Shown in pieces: positions 37,941 through 48,136 of a stretch of DNA of 64,000 nucleotides. Both the position numbers and the translations under genes were made by a program. Within the stretch, counting starts at the first letter, position 1, and every line of letters begins with the position of its first letter. The notes below the pieces were generated by a model that did not search any database, was not told the origin of the DNA, and saw only the letters and a program-made list of their open reading frames with translations. Source of the stretch: Candidatus Eiseniibacteriota bacterium (GTDB lineage Bacteria; Eisenbacteria; RBG-16-71-46); contig OY970178.1 of the NCBI GenBank assembly GCA_963707915.1, positions 1,408,001 through 1,472,000 of the forward strand, read 5' to 3'.

Positions 37941-39083
37941 CTACTCCGCCAGCAGCGCCCTCGCGATGACGACCCGCTGGATCTCCGAGGTGCCCTCGTA
38001 GATCTCGGTGATGCGCTGGTCGCGGTAGAGCCGCTCCACCTTGTAGTCCTTCATGTAGCCGTAGCCGCCGTGGATCTGGAGCGACTTGTGGCAGACGCGG
38101 TGCGACATCTCCGAGGCGAAGAGCTTGGCGATGGCGGACTCCTTGGTGTGCTTCTGCCCGGCGTCCTTCATCCCGGCGGCGCGGTAGAGCATGGTCTTCG
38201 CCACCTCGACGTCCACCGCCATGTCGGCCAGCATGAACTGCAGCGCCTGGAAGTCGGCGAGGTGGTGGCCGAACTGGCTCCGCTCCTTGGCGTACTTCAC
38301 GGCCTCGTCCAGCGCGGCCTCGGCGATGCCCACGGCCTGCGCCGCGATGCCGATGCGCCCGCCGTCGAGCGTGGCCAGCGCCACGTTGAGGCCCTTGTTC
38401 TCGGTCCCGAGCAGGCTGCCGGCCGGCACGCGGCAGTCGGTGTAGACCATCTCGGTGGTGCTCGAGGTGCGGATGCCGAGCTTGTTCTCGTGCTTGCCGA
38501 CCGCGAAGCCGGGAACGTCGCTGCGCAGCAGGAACGCCGAGATGCCCTTGGCGCCCTTGCCCGGGTCGGTCTGGAAGAACGCGATGACGACGTCGGCGAA
38601 GCCGCCGTTGGTGGTGAAGTTCTTGGTCCCGTTCAGCACGAACGATTCGCCGTCGCGCACCGCGTTCGCGCGCAGCGAGCCGGGATCGCTGCCCGCGCCG
38701 GCCTCGGTCAGCGAGAAGGCGCCGAGCCACTCGCCGCTGGTCAGCTTGGGCAGGAACTCGCGCTTCTGCGCGTCGGTGCCGAACTTCATGACGGCGTCGT
38801 TGACCAGCGAGTTCTGCACGGACACCGCCACCGCGGTGCCGGCGTCCACCTTGCTCAGCTCGATCATCGCCCCGACGTACGCCACCGCGCCCAGCCCGGT
38901 GCCGCCGAACTCCTCCGGCACGGTCATGCCGAGGAACCCGAGGTCGCCCAGCTCGTGGATGGCCTCGAGGTTGCACTCCTGCTTCTCGTCCAGCGCTTCG
39001 ACCTTGGGCGCGAGCGTCTGCTCGGCGAACTTCCGCGCCTCGTCGAAGACCATCCGCTGCTCTTCGGTGAATTCGAAGTCCAT
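37941..39083 (-). CDS. Acyl-CoA dehydrogenase (short/branched-chain type)
   Basis: FSLTEAGAGSD, LNGTKNFTTNG, LDGGRIGIAAQ, QIHGGYGY, IYEGTSEIQR. Confidence 0.94.
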   Translation of the reverse strand: MDFEFTEEQRMVFDEARKFAEQTLAPKVEALDEKQECNLEAIHELGDLGFLGMTVPEEFGGTGLGAVAYVGAMIELSKVDAGTAVAVSVQNSLVNDAVMKFGTDAQKREFLPKLTSGEWLGAFSLTEAGAGSDPGSLRANAVRDGESFVLNGTKNFTTNGGFADVVIAFFQTDPGKGAKGISAFLLRSDVPGFAVGKHENKLGIRTSSTTEMVYTDCRVPAGSLLGTENKGLNVALATLDGGRIGIAAQAVGIAEAALDEAVKYAKERSQFGHHLADFQALQFMLADMAVDVEVAKTMLYRAAGMKDAGQKHTKESAIAKLFASEMSHRVCHKSLQIHGGYGYMKDYKVERLYRDQRITEIYEGTSEIQRVVIARALLAE

Positions 39084-39127
39084 GGTGGTGCTCCCCCGCG
39101 GCCGGATGGAGTGGTTGGAGTCTCGGA

Positions 39128-40432
39128 CTAGTCCAGGCGTTCGATGATCAGTTGCGGGGCCGCGGCCGGCCCGTCGCCGATGCGGAAACAGGCCCGGGCG
39201 CGCTCGACCGCGCCCGCGTCGTCCTTCGCCAGGTGCAGCTCGGCGAGGACGTCCCCGGCGGCCAGGCGGTCGCCGATGCGCCGGCGGACCATCAGGCCCA
39301 CGCGCGGGTCCACCTCGTCCTCCTTGGCGCGCCGGCCGCCCCCGATGCCCACCACCAGCTCGCCCAGCGCGAAGCTGTCCACCGCCTCGAGCACGCCGGC
39401 GCGCCCGGCGGTGACGGGCAGCACGACCGGGGCCGCGGGCATGCCGCCGGCGCGCTCGACACTGGCGGGATCGCCGCCCTGCGCGCGCACCATCTCGACG
39501 AAACGTTCCCACGCGGCGCCCGAATCGAGCGCCTGCTCCGCGCGCTTCGCGGCCTCGGCCACGGTCGCCGCGCCCGAGAGGCTCAACATCAGCGCCGCGA
39601 GTTCGAGCGTCAGCGCGCGCACGTCGGCGGGACCGCCGCCGCGCAGCACGGCGATGGTCTCGGTCACCTCGAGCGCATTGCCCACCGCCACGCCCAGCGG
39701 CTGGTTCATGTCGGTGACCCGCGCGGCCGCCTTGCGGCCGAGCGAGCGCGTGACCGAGATCAGGCGGCGCGCGAGGTGGACGGCGTCCTCGCGGGTCTTC
39801 ATGAACGCGCCGCTGCCGCACTTGACGTCGTAGACCAGCGCGCCGGCGCCCTCCGCCACCTTCTTGCTCACGATGCTCGGCACGATGAAGTATTCGCGCT
39901 CGACCGTGGAGGTCACGTCGCGCAGCGCGTAGATCAGGCCGTCGGCCGGCGCCAGGTCGGGCCCCTGCCCGACCATGACCACCCCGATGCGGCCGAGCTG
40001 GGCGCGCATCGCGTCGGGCTCGAGGAAGGTGCGGAAGCCGGGGATGGACTCGAGCTTGTCGAGCGTGCCGCCGGTGTGGCCAAGCCCGCGCCCCGAGACC
40101 ATCGGCACCAGCACGCCGCAGGCAGCGACCAGCGGCGCGAGGATCAACGAGATCTTGTCGCCCACCCCGCCGGTCGAGTGCTTGTCGGCCGACGGCCGGC
40201 CGAGGTCCTGCCAGTCGAAGACCCGCCCCGAGTGCAGCAGCGCCAGGGTCAGCGCCTCGGTCTCGGCCTCGTCGAGGCCGTTCAGGTAGGCCGCCATGAG
40301 CCACGCGCTCACCTGGTAGTCGGGGATCTCGCGACGCAGGTAGGCCGCGATGAACTCCCGCACATCGGCGGCGGCGTGCACGCGGCGGTCGCGCTTGGCG
40401 CGGATGAACTCGCGGGGGTCGAGCTGCGGCAT
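39128..40432 (-). CDS. pdp: Pyrimidine-nucleoside/thymidine phosphorylase
   Basis: DKHSTGGVGDK, SGRGLGHTGGTLDKLESIPG, DVKCGSGAFMK. Confidence 0.95.
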   Translation of the reverse strand: MPQLDPREFIRAKRDRRVHAAADVREFIAAYLRREIPDYQVSAWLMAAYLNGLDEAETEALTLALLHSGRVFDWQDLGRPSADKHSTGGVGDKISLILAPLVAACGVLVPMVSGRGLGHTGGTLDKLESIPGFRTFLEPDAMRAQLGRIGVVMVGQGPDLAPADGLIYALRDVTSTVEREYFIVPSIVSKKVAEGAGALVYDVKCGSGAFMKTREDAVHLARRLISVTRSLGRKAAARVTDMNQPLGVAVGNALEVTETIAVLRGGGPADVRALTLELAALMLSLSGAATVAEAAKRAEQALDSGAAWERFVEMVRAQGGDPASVERAGGMPAAPVVLPVTAGRAGVLEAVDSFALGELVVGIGGGRRAKEDEVDPRVGLMVRRRIGDRLAAGDVLAELHLAKDDAGAVERARACFRIGDGPAAAPQLIIERLD

Positions 40433-41385
40433 CAGTAGCCCTTCCCTTCGTTCTTCTCGCCCCGCACGATCTTCACACCGGCGGAAGCGCCGATGCGGGT
40501 GGCCCCGGCCGCGACCAGCGCCTCGGCGTCCTCCTTGGTGCGCACTCCGCCCGAGGCCTTCACGCCCATCTCGGGCCCCACGGTCTCGCGCATCAACTCG
40601 ATGTCCTCGACCGTGGCACCGCCGCCGGCGAAGCCGGTGGAGGTCTTGACGAAGTCGGCGCCCGCGGCCTTGGCCAGGCTGCAACCCATGATCTTCTCCT
40701 CGCGGGTCAGCAGGGAGGTCTCGAGGATCACCTTGACCAGGGCCTTCGGCGCGGCGGCCTGCACCACGCCGCGGATGTCCTGCTCGACCAGGGCGTAGTC
40801 CTTGGACTTCATCGCCCCGATGTTGATGACCATGTCCACTTCCTCGGCGCCCTGCTCGACCGCGCGGCGGGTCTCGTACGCCTTGACGTCGGGCGCGTGC
40901 GCCCCGGAGGGGAAGCCGATCACCGTGCACACCTTGGCCGCGCTGCCCTTGAGCAGGTCGTGGCAGAGCGGCACCCACACCGGGTTCACGCACACCGAGG
41001 CGAAGCTGAACTGCGCCGCCTCCTGGCACATCTTCTCGATGTCCGCGCGCGTCGCGTCGGGCTTGAGCAGGGTGTGGTCGATGAGCGAGGCGAGCCCGTC
41101 CGAGCCCGGGGAGTACCCGGTGGTCGCGACCACGCGCGAGGCGCCGGCCTCGTGCAGGGCGCGGGTGTGCTCGGGCCCGCTCGAGGTGGAGACGCCGAAC
41201 AGCCGGTAGCGGTCGGCGGTCGCGGGGTCCGCGTCCTGCACCGCGTGGGTCGCGCGCCAGGCGGCCGCGTCGCGCGGCGCCGCGGGGGGGCTCCCCGCGC
41301 CCGCGGCGGGCGCGGGCCCGCCCTTCAGCGCCTGCAGCACCTGCCGGGTGATCAACTCGACCAGGTCATCGCGTTCGCGGCTCAT
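40432..41385 (-). CDS. deoC: Deoxyribose-phosphate aldolase with about 95-aa N-terminal extension
   Basis: [50 protein letters not shown]. Confidence 0.95.
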   Translation of the reverse strand: MSRERDDLVELITRQVLQALKGGPAPAAGAGSPPAAPRDAAAWRATHAVQDADPATADRYRLFGVSTSSGPEHTRALHEAGASRVVATTGYSPGSDGLASLIDHTLLKPDATRADIEKMCQEAAQFSFASVCVNPVWVPLCHDLLKGSAAKVCTVIGFPSGAHAPDVKAYETRRAVEQGAEEVDMVINIGAMKSKDYALVEQDIRGVVQAAAPKALVKVILETSLLTREEKIMGCSLAKAAGADFVKTSTGFAGGGATVEDIELMRETVGPEMGVKASGGVRTKEDAEALVAAGATRIGASAGVKIVRGEKNEGKGY

Positions 41386-41786
41386 CACTTCCTCAGGTCG
41401 GCGAGGTTGAAGGCGCTCGGCAGCAACTCGGCGAGCTTGCGCTTGAGGATGTGCCCGCGTGCGTCGCGCCAGTAGACCCACATGTTGGGCGCGAACTCGT
41501 GCAGCACCTGGCGGCACGAGCCGCAGGGCGGTGCGCCGCGGCCGTCGCGGGCGGTCACGGCGATGGCGGCGAAGTCGGTCACGCCCTCGCTCACCGCCTT
41601 CCACACCGCGTTGCGCTCGGCGCAGATGGTGAGCCCGTAGGAGGCGTTCTCCACGTTGCAGCCGAGGTAGACGCGGCCCTTCTTGGTGAGCAGCGCCGCG
41701 CCGACCGCGAAGCGCGAATAGGGCGCGTAGGCGCGCTTGCGCGCCTTCACCGCCTCCGCCATCAGCGCCTTGGGGGTCATGCTCAT
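41385..41786 (-). CDS. cdd: Cytidine deaminase
   Basis: [35 protein letters not shown]. Confidence 0.95.
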   Translation of the reverse strand: MSMTPKALMAEAVKARKRAYAPYSRFAVGAALLTKKGRVYLGCNVENASYGLTICAERNAVWKAVSEGVTDFAAIAVTARDGRGAPPCGSCRQVLHEFAPNMWVYWRDARGHILKRKLAELLPSAFNLADLRK

Positions 41787-42949
41787 GAGCGCACCTCCTT
41801 GAGGAAGCTCCGGCCGGACGCGGACCACGCCACGCCGAACGCCTCGGCGATGGTGGCCGCCACGTCGGCGGAGGTTTCGCGCGTGCCGAGGTCGGCGCCT
41901 GCGCGCACGCGCGGGCCCGCCCCGAGCAGCAGCGCATACTCACGGGAGTGGTCCGTGCTGACGTCGGTCGGATCGTTGCCATGGTCCGCGGTGATCAGGC
42001 ACATCTCGTCGCTCCTCAGGTGGGCCCGCAGCTCCCCGAAGCGCTCGTCGAACTCCTCGAGCGCGCGGGCGAAGCCGATGGGATCGCTGCGATGGCCGTA
42101 CTGCTGGTCGAAGTCCACCAGGTTGGCGAACACCAGGCCGCGCCCGCTCCTGCGGACCAGCCCGGCCAGGGCCTCCTGCCCCTCGGCGTTGCTCTTCGTG
42201 TGCAGCGACTCGCTGACGCCGCGGCCCGCGAACAACTCGTCCACCTTGCCCACGGTGACCACCGGCTCGCCCCGCGCGACCAACTGGTCGAGCAGCGTGG
42301 GCTTCGGGGGCTCGAGCGAGAAGTCCCGCCGCCGCGGGGTGCGCCGGTAGTTCCCGGGCTCGCCGGTGAAGGGCCGCGCGATGACGCGGCCGACACCGTG
42401 CTCGCCCTCGAGCAGCACGCGTGCGCGCCGGCAGGCCTCGTAGAGCTCCTCGAGCGGCACGGTGTCCTCGTGCGCCGCCACCTGGAAGACGCTGTCGGCC
42501 GAAGTGTACACGATGTACCGGCTGGTCCGTTGGTGCTCCTCGCCGTAGCGCGCGATGACGTCCGTGCCGGAGCCCACGACGTTCGCCATCCAGCCGCGGC
42601 CGACCCGCCGGACCCAGCGGTCGAGCAGCGCGTCCGGGAAGCCCTGCGGGTAGGTCGGGAAGGCCCGCTCGGTGATGTGCCCCGCCAGCTCCCAGTGCCC
42701 GACCGTGCTGTCCTTGCCCTTGGAGAGCTGTCCCACGCGGCCGCGCGCCCCGGCCGGGTCCGCGACGGCGCGCACGCCCGGCAGGTCGAGCAGGCGCCCG
42801 AGTCCCAGCTTCTCGAGCTGCGGGAGCCGGAGCCCGCCGGCCGCCTGCGCCACGTGCAGCAGCGTGTTGGTGCCGACGTCGCCGTACTCGGCCGCGTCCG
42901 GCAAGGCTCCGACCCCGACCCCGTCCAGGATGATGAGGAAGATACGCAT
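41783..42949 (-). CDS. deoB: Phosphopentomutase
   Basis: [55 protein letters not shown]. Confidence 0.95.
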   Translation of the reverse strand: MRIFLIILDGVGVGALPDAAEYGDVGTNTLLHVAQAAGGLRLPQLEKLGLGRLLDLPGVRAVADPAGARGRVGQLSKGKDSTVGHWELAGHITERAFPTYPQGFPDALLDRWVRRVGRGWMANVVGSGTDVIARYGEEHQRTSRYIVYTSADSVFQVAAHEDTVPLEELYEACRRARVLLEGEHGVGRVIARPFTGEPGNYRRTPRRRDFSLEPPKPTLLDQLVARGEPVVTVGKVDELFAGRGVSESLHTKSNAEGQEALAGLVRRSGRGLVFANLVDFDQQYGHRSDPIGFARALEEFDERFGELRAHLRSDEMCLITADHGNDPTDVSTDHSREYALLLGAGPRVRAGADLGTRETSADVAATIAEAFGVAWSASGRSFLKEVRS

Positions 42950-42952
42950 GTC

Positions 42953-44230
42953 CTAGCCCCGTTTCGCCGCGATCACGGCCTCGTTTCGCATCCGGAAATG
43001 GTCCGCGGCCTGCTCCACCCATTCGGCGCGCTCCCCCACCAGCGAGGTGAGCTTCACCGGCCGGCCCCCGCGCACGTAGATGCGCGTCACGCGCTTGCCG
43101 ATGGTGCACATGATCTCGTAGGAGAGCGTCCGGCTGCCCGCGGCGACCTCCTCGAGCGGGAGCGCGGCTCCGTCCTGTTCGCCGAAGAGGACCACGTCGT
43201 CGCCGACCTGCGCATCGGGGACCGCCGTGAGGTCCACCATCGTGAGGTCCATCGTCACGCGCCCCACGATCGGCACGCGCCGGCCCCGCACCAGCATCTG
43301 GCCGTGGTTCGAGAGCAGCCAGGAGTAGCCGTGACCGTAGCCCACGGCCACCACCCCCATGCGCATCGGCCGCGCGGTGACGTAGGAGCGGCCGTAGCTC
43401 ACCGGCGTTCCGGCGGGCAGATCGCGGACCTGGACGACCCGGCTCTTGAAGGACATCACCGGCGCCAGGTCGGGGTTCGCCCGGGCGTGCGGCGGGCGGT
43501 GGCCGTAGGCGAGAAGGCCGACGCGCACCCAGTCGAAGCGGGCCTCGGGCAGGTTGACGGTGCCGGCGCTGTTGGCCGCGTGCAGCCGCGGCGCCTGGAT
43601 CCCGCGGGCGGCCAGCCGCTCGGCCAGGGCACGAAAGCGGCGCACCTGGTCCTCGGCGAAGGTGAGGTCCTCCGCGTCCGCGTCGGGGAAGTGGGTGAAC
43701 AGGCTCGCGAGCCGCAGGCCCGGCAGCGCGGCGAGCGTGCCGAGGAAGCCCTCGGCCTCGAGCTCGGAGACCCCGGTGCGTCCCATGCCGGTGTCGACCT
43801 CGACGTGGCAACGCACCGCGCGGCCGGTGCTCACCGCCTCGGCCGAGAGCGCGCGGGCGAAGGCGAGGTCGCACACCGTGGGGTCGAGCCCGTGCGCCAC
43901 GGCCTCGCGGATCTCGCTGGGCAGCAGCGGGGAGAGCGCCACGATGGGCAGCCGGCAGCCGGCCTGGCGCAACTGGATGCCCTCGTGGAGCGTGGCGACG
44001 CCGAGGCACGCCACGCCCTCGGCCCCGGCCGCCTCGGCCATCTCGACCGCGCCGTGGCCGTAGGCGTCCGCCTTCACCACGAGCAGCAGGCCGCGCGCCG
44101 CGTCGGCGGAGGGGCCCGCCGGGGCGCCCGCGCCGGGCGTGGCCAGGCCGACCAGTGCGCGCACGGCGCGCAGGTTGGCCGTGAAGCGGTCGAGGTCCAC
44201 CTCGACCCAGGTCGAAACGGGCATTCCCAT
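42953..44230 (-). CDS. alr: Alanine racemase
   Basis: VVKADAYGHG (PLP Lys), VDTGMGRTG, HAANSAG, VSYG, GRVTMD, YE. Confidence 0.95.
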   Translation of the reverse strand: MGMPVSTWVEVDLDRFTANLRAVRALVGLATPGAGAPAGPSADAARGLLLVVKADAYGHGAVEMAEAAGAEGVACLGVATLHEGIQLRQAGCRLPIVALSPLLPSEIREAVAHGLDPTVCDLAFARALSAEAVSTGRAVRCHVEVDTGMGRTGVSELEAEGFLGTLAALPGLRLASLFTHFPDADAEDLTFAEDQVRRFRALAERLAARGIQAPRLHAANSAGTVNLPEARFDWVRVGLLAYGHRPPHARANPDLAPVMSFKSRVVQVRDLPAGTPVSYGRSYVTARPMRMGVVAVGYGHGYSWLLSNHGQMLVRGRRVPIVGRVTMDLTMVDLTAVPDAQVGDDVVLFGEQDGAALPLEEVAAGSRTLSYEIMCTIGKRVTRIYVRGGRPVKLTSLVGERAEWVEQAADHFRMRNEAVIAAKRG

Positions 44231-44364
44231 GCGGATCCCCCGGCGGAAGGCGCAGGTGCGCCACGGAAGTTGCGTAGCATAGGCAGCCGTCTGCAAGCGC
44301 GCAAATGGCGGCGCCGCCCGCGCTCGCGTTGGCCGCCCGCAGGCCCCTCCGCTATGCTGCGGCC

Positions 44365-45201
44365 ATGAGCGATCCTGGAGCCACCGAGCGCGAGTCGAAG
44401 GCCTTCTCCGACCTGGTCGCGGTCTGCCGCAAGCTGCGCGGGCCCGAGGGCTGTCCGTGGGACCGCGAGCAGACCCTCGAGAGCATGACGCCCTACCTGG
44501 TCGAGGAGGCCGTCGAGTCGGGCGAGGCCATCGGCTCGGGCGACGTCGAGCACACCACGGAGGAACTGGGCGACCTCGCCTTCCTCGCCCTGTTCTGCAT
44601 GGAGCTGGGCGGCGAGAAGGGCGGCCCGGGGATCGCGGAGGGCTTCGAGCGCGCGGCGGCCAAGCTCATCCGGCGGCACCCGCACGTCTACGGCGGCGAC
44701 GCGATCCAGGACGGCGAGTCCGCCTACCGCCAGTGGCAGGAGATCAAGCAGGGCGAGAAGGGCGGCGCCGACGGCCCGGCGTCGCTGCTGGGCGAGCAGC
44801 CGAAGGGCCTGCCCGCGCTGGTCGCCGCCTACCGCATCCAGGAGAAGGCCGGGGCGGTCGGCTTCGACTGGCCCGACTTCTCGGGGCCGCTCGCCAAGGT
44901 GCACGAGGAACTGGGCGAACTCGAGCAGGAGCTCGGCCGCGACACCGACCCGGCCCTCGCGCGCGAGGTCGGCGACCTGCTGTTCGCCGTCGTGAACCTG
45001 GCGCGGCACCTCACCATCGATCCCGAGCGCGAGCTGCGCGCCGCCTCGCGCCGGTTCCGCGAGCGCTTCCAGCACATCGAGCGCGCGCTGACCGCCCAGG
45101 GCCGCAGCCCGGTCGACGCCACGCTGGCGGAGCTGGACGCGTTGTGGGAGGAGGCCAAGACCATGGACCCGCAGCCGCGCAACCAAGGAGAACCCCGATG
45201 A
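44365..45201 (+). CDS. mazG: Nucleoside triphosphate pyrophosphohydrolase MazG
   Basis: GCPWDREQT, EELGDL, KLIRRHPHV, GFDW, EVGDLLF, WEEAK. Confidence 0.94.
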   Translation: MSDPGATERESKAFSDLVAVCRKLRGPEGCPWDREQTLESMTPYLVEEAVESGEAIGSGDVEHTTEELGDLAFLALFCMELGGEKGGPGIAEGFERAAAKLIRRHPHVYGGDAIQDGESAYRQWQEIKQGEKGGADGPASLLGEQPKGLPALVAAYRIQEKAGAVGFDWPDFSGPLAKVHEELGELEQELGRDTDPALAREVGDLLFAVVNLARHLTIDPERELRAASRRFRERFQHIERALTAQGRSPVDATLAELDALWEEAKTMDPQPRNQGEPR

Positions 45202-45491
45202 CCGAGAACCCCTCGCACCAGGCCGCGCTGTTCCTGCAGTTGCTGCTGGGGCTCCAGCAGAGCGGCATGATGGCACTCGGCAAGCTGATGAATCCGATCA
45301 GCCGCAAGATCGACAAGAACCTCGACGCCGCGCGCGACACGATTGACACGCTCGCGGCGCTGGAGTCCCGCACCCGCGGCAACCTCGAACCCGACGAGGC
45401 GCGCGTGCTCCAGCAGGTCCTGACCGAGCTGCGCATGAACTACCTGGACGAGGTGAAGAAGGCGGCGGCGCCGCCGGAGAGCGGAGCCTAG
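45198..45491 (+). CDS. DUF1844 family protein
   Basis: ALGKLMNP...NLDAARDTIDTL..L..RTRGNL..DE..VL...LTELRMNY. Confidence 0.8.
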   Translation: MTENPSHQAALFLQLLLGLQQSGMMALGKLMNPISRKIDKNLDAARDTIDTLAALESRTRGNLEPDEARVLQQVLTELRMNYLDEVKKAAAPPESGA

Positions 45492-45521
45492 CGGTCGCGG
45501 CGCTGATCCGCCGACGGCGGA

Positions 45522-46787
45522 TCAGCGCCGGGCGGCCTCGCCCGTGCGTCCGGCACCGACGCCGCCGGCCAGCGCGTCGGAGGCACCGCCGGTCGGGGCC
45601 CGGCTGCCCGCGGCCGGCCGCGTGCCCGGGCCTCCCGCCAGCGCGGTCGGGGCTTCGGCGGCGACGTCGTGGCACTGGTCGCAGCCGACCGCGGTCACGC
45701 CCCGCCCCGCGGGCCAGACCAGCCCGAAGGCCTCGTTCGAGCCGTGCGCCTTGTGGCAGGTCAGGCAGAAGACCCCGTTACGGGCGGCATCGACCACGCG
45801 CCCGCCGGCATAGTCCGTCGCCCCGCGCACCACCACGCGGGCGCGCGTGGTGCCCTCGAAGCCCGAGCCGTGCCCGCGCGCCCAGTGCGCCGCGGCCGTG
45901 GTCTCGCGCCGGTCGCCCTGCGCGATGGAGTTGGTCGCCCCGTCCTGGCTGTCGTACGAGGGGTGCCGCTCGTGCCGGCCGTCCCCGTCCGGGTCCTGGG
46001 CCTGGGCGCCGCTGAGGCGATCGTGGCAGTCCACGCAGAGCCTCGACGCCTCGCGCAGGTCGTCGGTGTCGAGCGTGCCGTACGAGACGCGCGCCGCCTC
46101 GTAGCGCCGCATGCCGATCGCGGCCGGGTCCACGAACAGGCCGAGCGGCGGCGTGGCGCTGGGGTCGCCCGCCAGCCTCAGGTTGCGCGCGACGGAGTTG
46201 CCGTGCGGATCGTGGCAGTCGATGCAGGTGAGCAGCCCGCTGCCCGCGCCGGTCCCGCGCACGCCGTGTCCCAGGGCGTGGCCCTTGCGGCTGCGCACGT
46301 CGCTGGGCCCGAAGAATCCCGCCGAACGGTCCGCGAGGCCGTTGGCGTCGTCGCCGACGACGTCGGGGACGCCGGCCTGGTTGTCGTGGCAGGAAAGGCA
46401 CAGATCGAGCGGGTCGGCCTGGCGCAGCATGTACGGGTTCGGGGGCGGCTCGGACGCGCCGAACCCCGCCACCTCGGCGTCGGCCACCCGGCGCGGGGCG
46501 CTGCGCGAGGCGCTCCCGAACAGGTGACAGTCGGCACAGTCGACCTGGCCCCGCACATGGTGCCGCGGCTCGGCGTCCCCGAAACGGAGGCCCGTCGTCG
46601 CGGGCCCCGGGGACACGCCGCGCGGATCGCCGCCGCTGCGACCGTCACCCGAGCGCGCCGCCCCCGGCAGGAGCGCCACGATGCCGAGCAGCACGGCGGC
46701 GACCGCCGCACGGCGGCGGGACCCCGGCCGCGCGCTGGGTGGACGAAGCGAGGAGGCGGGGGGCAGCGATCCCGGGAGGCACTTCAT
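45522..46787 (-). CDS. Exported hexaheme cytochrome c, OmcS-like motif architecture
   Basis: Signal peptide; six CxxCH (CADCH, CLSCH, CIDCH, CVDCH, CLTCH, CDQCH); AGGAGG RBS before ATG at 46787. Confidence 0.85.
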   Translation of the reverse strand: MKCLPGSLPPASSLRPPSARPGSRRRAAVAAVLLGIVALLPGAARSGDGRSGGDPRGVSPGPATTGLRFGDAEPRHHVRGQVDCADCHLFGSASRSAPRRVADAEVAGFGASEPPPNPYMLRQADPLDLCLSCHDNQAGVPDVVGDDANGLADRSAGFFGPSDVRSRKGHALGHGVRGTGAGSGLLTCIDCHDPHGNSVARNLRLAGDPSATPPLGLFVDPAAIGMRRYEAARVSYGTLDTDDLREASRLCVDCHDRLSGAQAQDPDGDGRHERHPSYDSQDGATNSIAQGDRRETTAAAHWARGHGSGFEGTTRARVVVRGATDYAGGRVVDAARNGVFCLTCHKAHGSNEAFGLVWPAGRGVTAVGCDQCHDVAAEAPTALAGGPGTRPAAGSRAPTGGASDALAGGVGAGRTGEAARR

Positions 46788-46936
46788 ACCTCCTGTTATC
46801 GGGCCGCGCGCGCGCGACTGCAGCGCGAATGCGCGCGGACCACGCGGGTCCACGCGCATTGCGCGATGCACGAGCGGTCGTGCATTCCCACCGGTCGCCG
46901 CCGGGGCCCGCGCCCGGCGGCGGGGGCCGCCCTACG

Positions 46937-48121
46937 CTAGACCGCCTGCAGCACGGCGCACTTCAGGTAGTGCGTCTCCGGCACCGCGAGCAGTTGCGGG
47001 TGGTCGGGCGACTCGGCGCGCCACTCCACCACGCGGAACGGCCGATGCGCGGCGCGGGCCGATTCGAGCAACACCTGGTGGAACAGCGCGTCGTCGAGGT
47101 GGTGGCTGCACGAGCAGCTCACCAGCACGCCCTCCTCCTCGAGCAGGGCCATGGCCGCGCGGTTGAGCTCGCGGTAGGCCCGGGCGCCGGCCGCCAGGTG
47201 CTTGCGCGACTTGACCAGCGCGGGCGGGTCGAGGACCACGAGCCCGAAGCGCTCCCCCGCCCGCTCGAGCTGGCGCAGCACGTCGAAGACGTCGCCACGC
47301 CGCAGGCCCACGCGGTCGGTGAGGCCGTTGCGCTCGAGGTTGCGCGCGGCGGCGGCGAGCGCCGGCTCCGACGAGTCCACCGCGAGCACGGACGCCGCTC
47401 CCCCGCGCGCGGCGTGCAGCGCCCACTCGCCCTGGTAGCAGAACAGGTCGAGCACGCGCTTGCCGGCGGCGCGCGACTCGGCGACGCGGCGGTTCATCCG
47501 CTGGTCGAGGAACAGCCCGGTCTTCTGGCCGTGCAGCAGGTCGGCCTCGACCTGGAAGCCCTCGAGCCCGACCTCGACGCGCTCCGGCACCTCGCCCCAC
47601 CAGATGCCGCGCTCGAGCGGCAGGCCCTCGAGCGTGCGCAGCGGCGAGTCGGCCACGCGCACCACCCCGCGCGGCGCGAACACCCGCTCGAGCGCCTCGC
47701 GCACCATGTCCTGGCGCAGCTCCATGCCGAGCGTGAGCACCTGCACCGCGAGGTGCTCGCCATAGCGGTCCACCACCAGGCCGGGCAGGAAGTCCGACTC
47801 GCCGTAGACCACGCGCACCGCGCGCTCGCCCGGCAGCGCGGCCTCGCGCAGCCGCACCGCCCGCTCCATGCGCTTCACGAAAAGGTCCACGTCGACCTCG
47901 TCGCGCTTGCGCGTGACCAGGCGCGCGCAGATCAGGCTCTGCGGGTTGTAGTAGGCGCGTCCCAGGAAGGCGCCGCGGACGTCGGCCACCTCGACCAGGT
48001 CGCCGGGCGCGGGCGCGCCCTCGAGCGTGGCCACCTCGTTGCTGAAGATCCAGGGGTGCCCCCCGCGCACGCGGCGGTCCTGGTTCTTGCGCAGCACGAG
48101 GCGCTTCGTCGCGGTGGTCAT
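46937..48121 (-). CDS. rlmI: RlmI-family SAM-dependent rRNA methyltransferase
   Basis: GHPWIFSNE (PUA), ESDFLPGLVVDRY, GQKTGLFLDQR, VLDLFCY, VLDPPA, PETHYLK. Confidence 0.9.
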   Translation of the reverse strand: MTTATKRLVLRKNQDRRVRGGHPWIFSNEVATLEGAPAPGDLVEVADVRGAFLGRAYYNPQSLICARLVTRKRDEVDVDLFVKRMERAVRLREAALPGERAVRVVYGESDFLPGLVVDRYGEHLAVQVLTLGMELRQDMVREALERVFAPRGVVRVADSPLRTLEGLPLERGIWWGEVPERVEVGLEGFQVEADLLHGQKTGLFLDQRMNRRVAESRAAGKRVLDLFCYQGEWALHAARGGAASVLAVDSSEPALAAAARNLERNGLTDRVGLRRGDVFDVLRQLERAGERFGLVVLDPPALVKSRKHLAAGARAYRELNRAAMALLEEEGVLVSCSCSHHLDDALFHQVLLESARAAHRPFRVVEWRAESPDHPQLLAVPETHYLKCAVLQAV

Positions 48122-48136
48122 GAGGGGTCTCCGATG

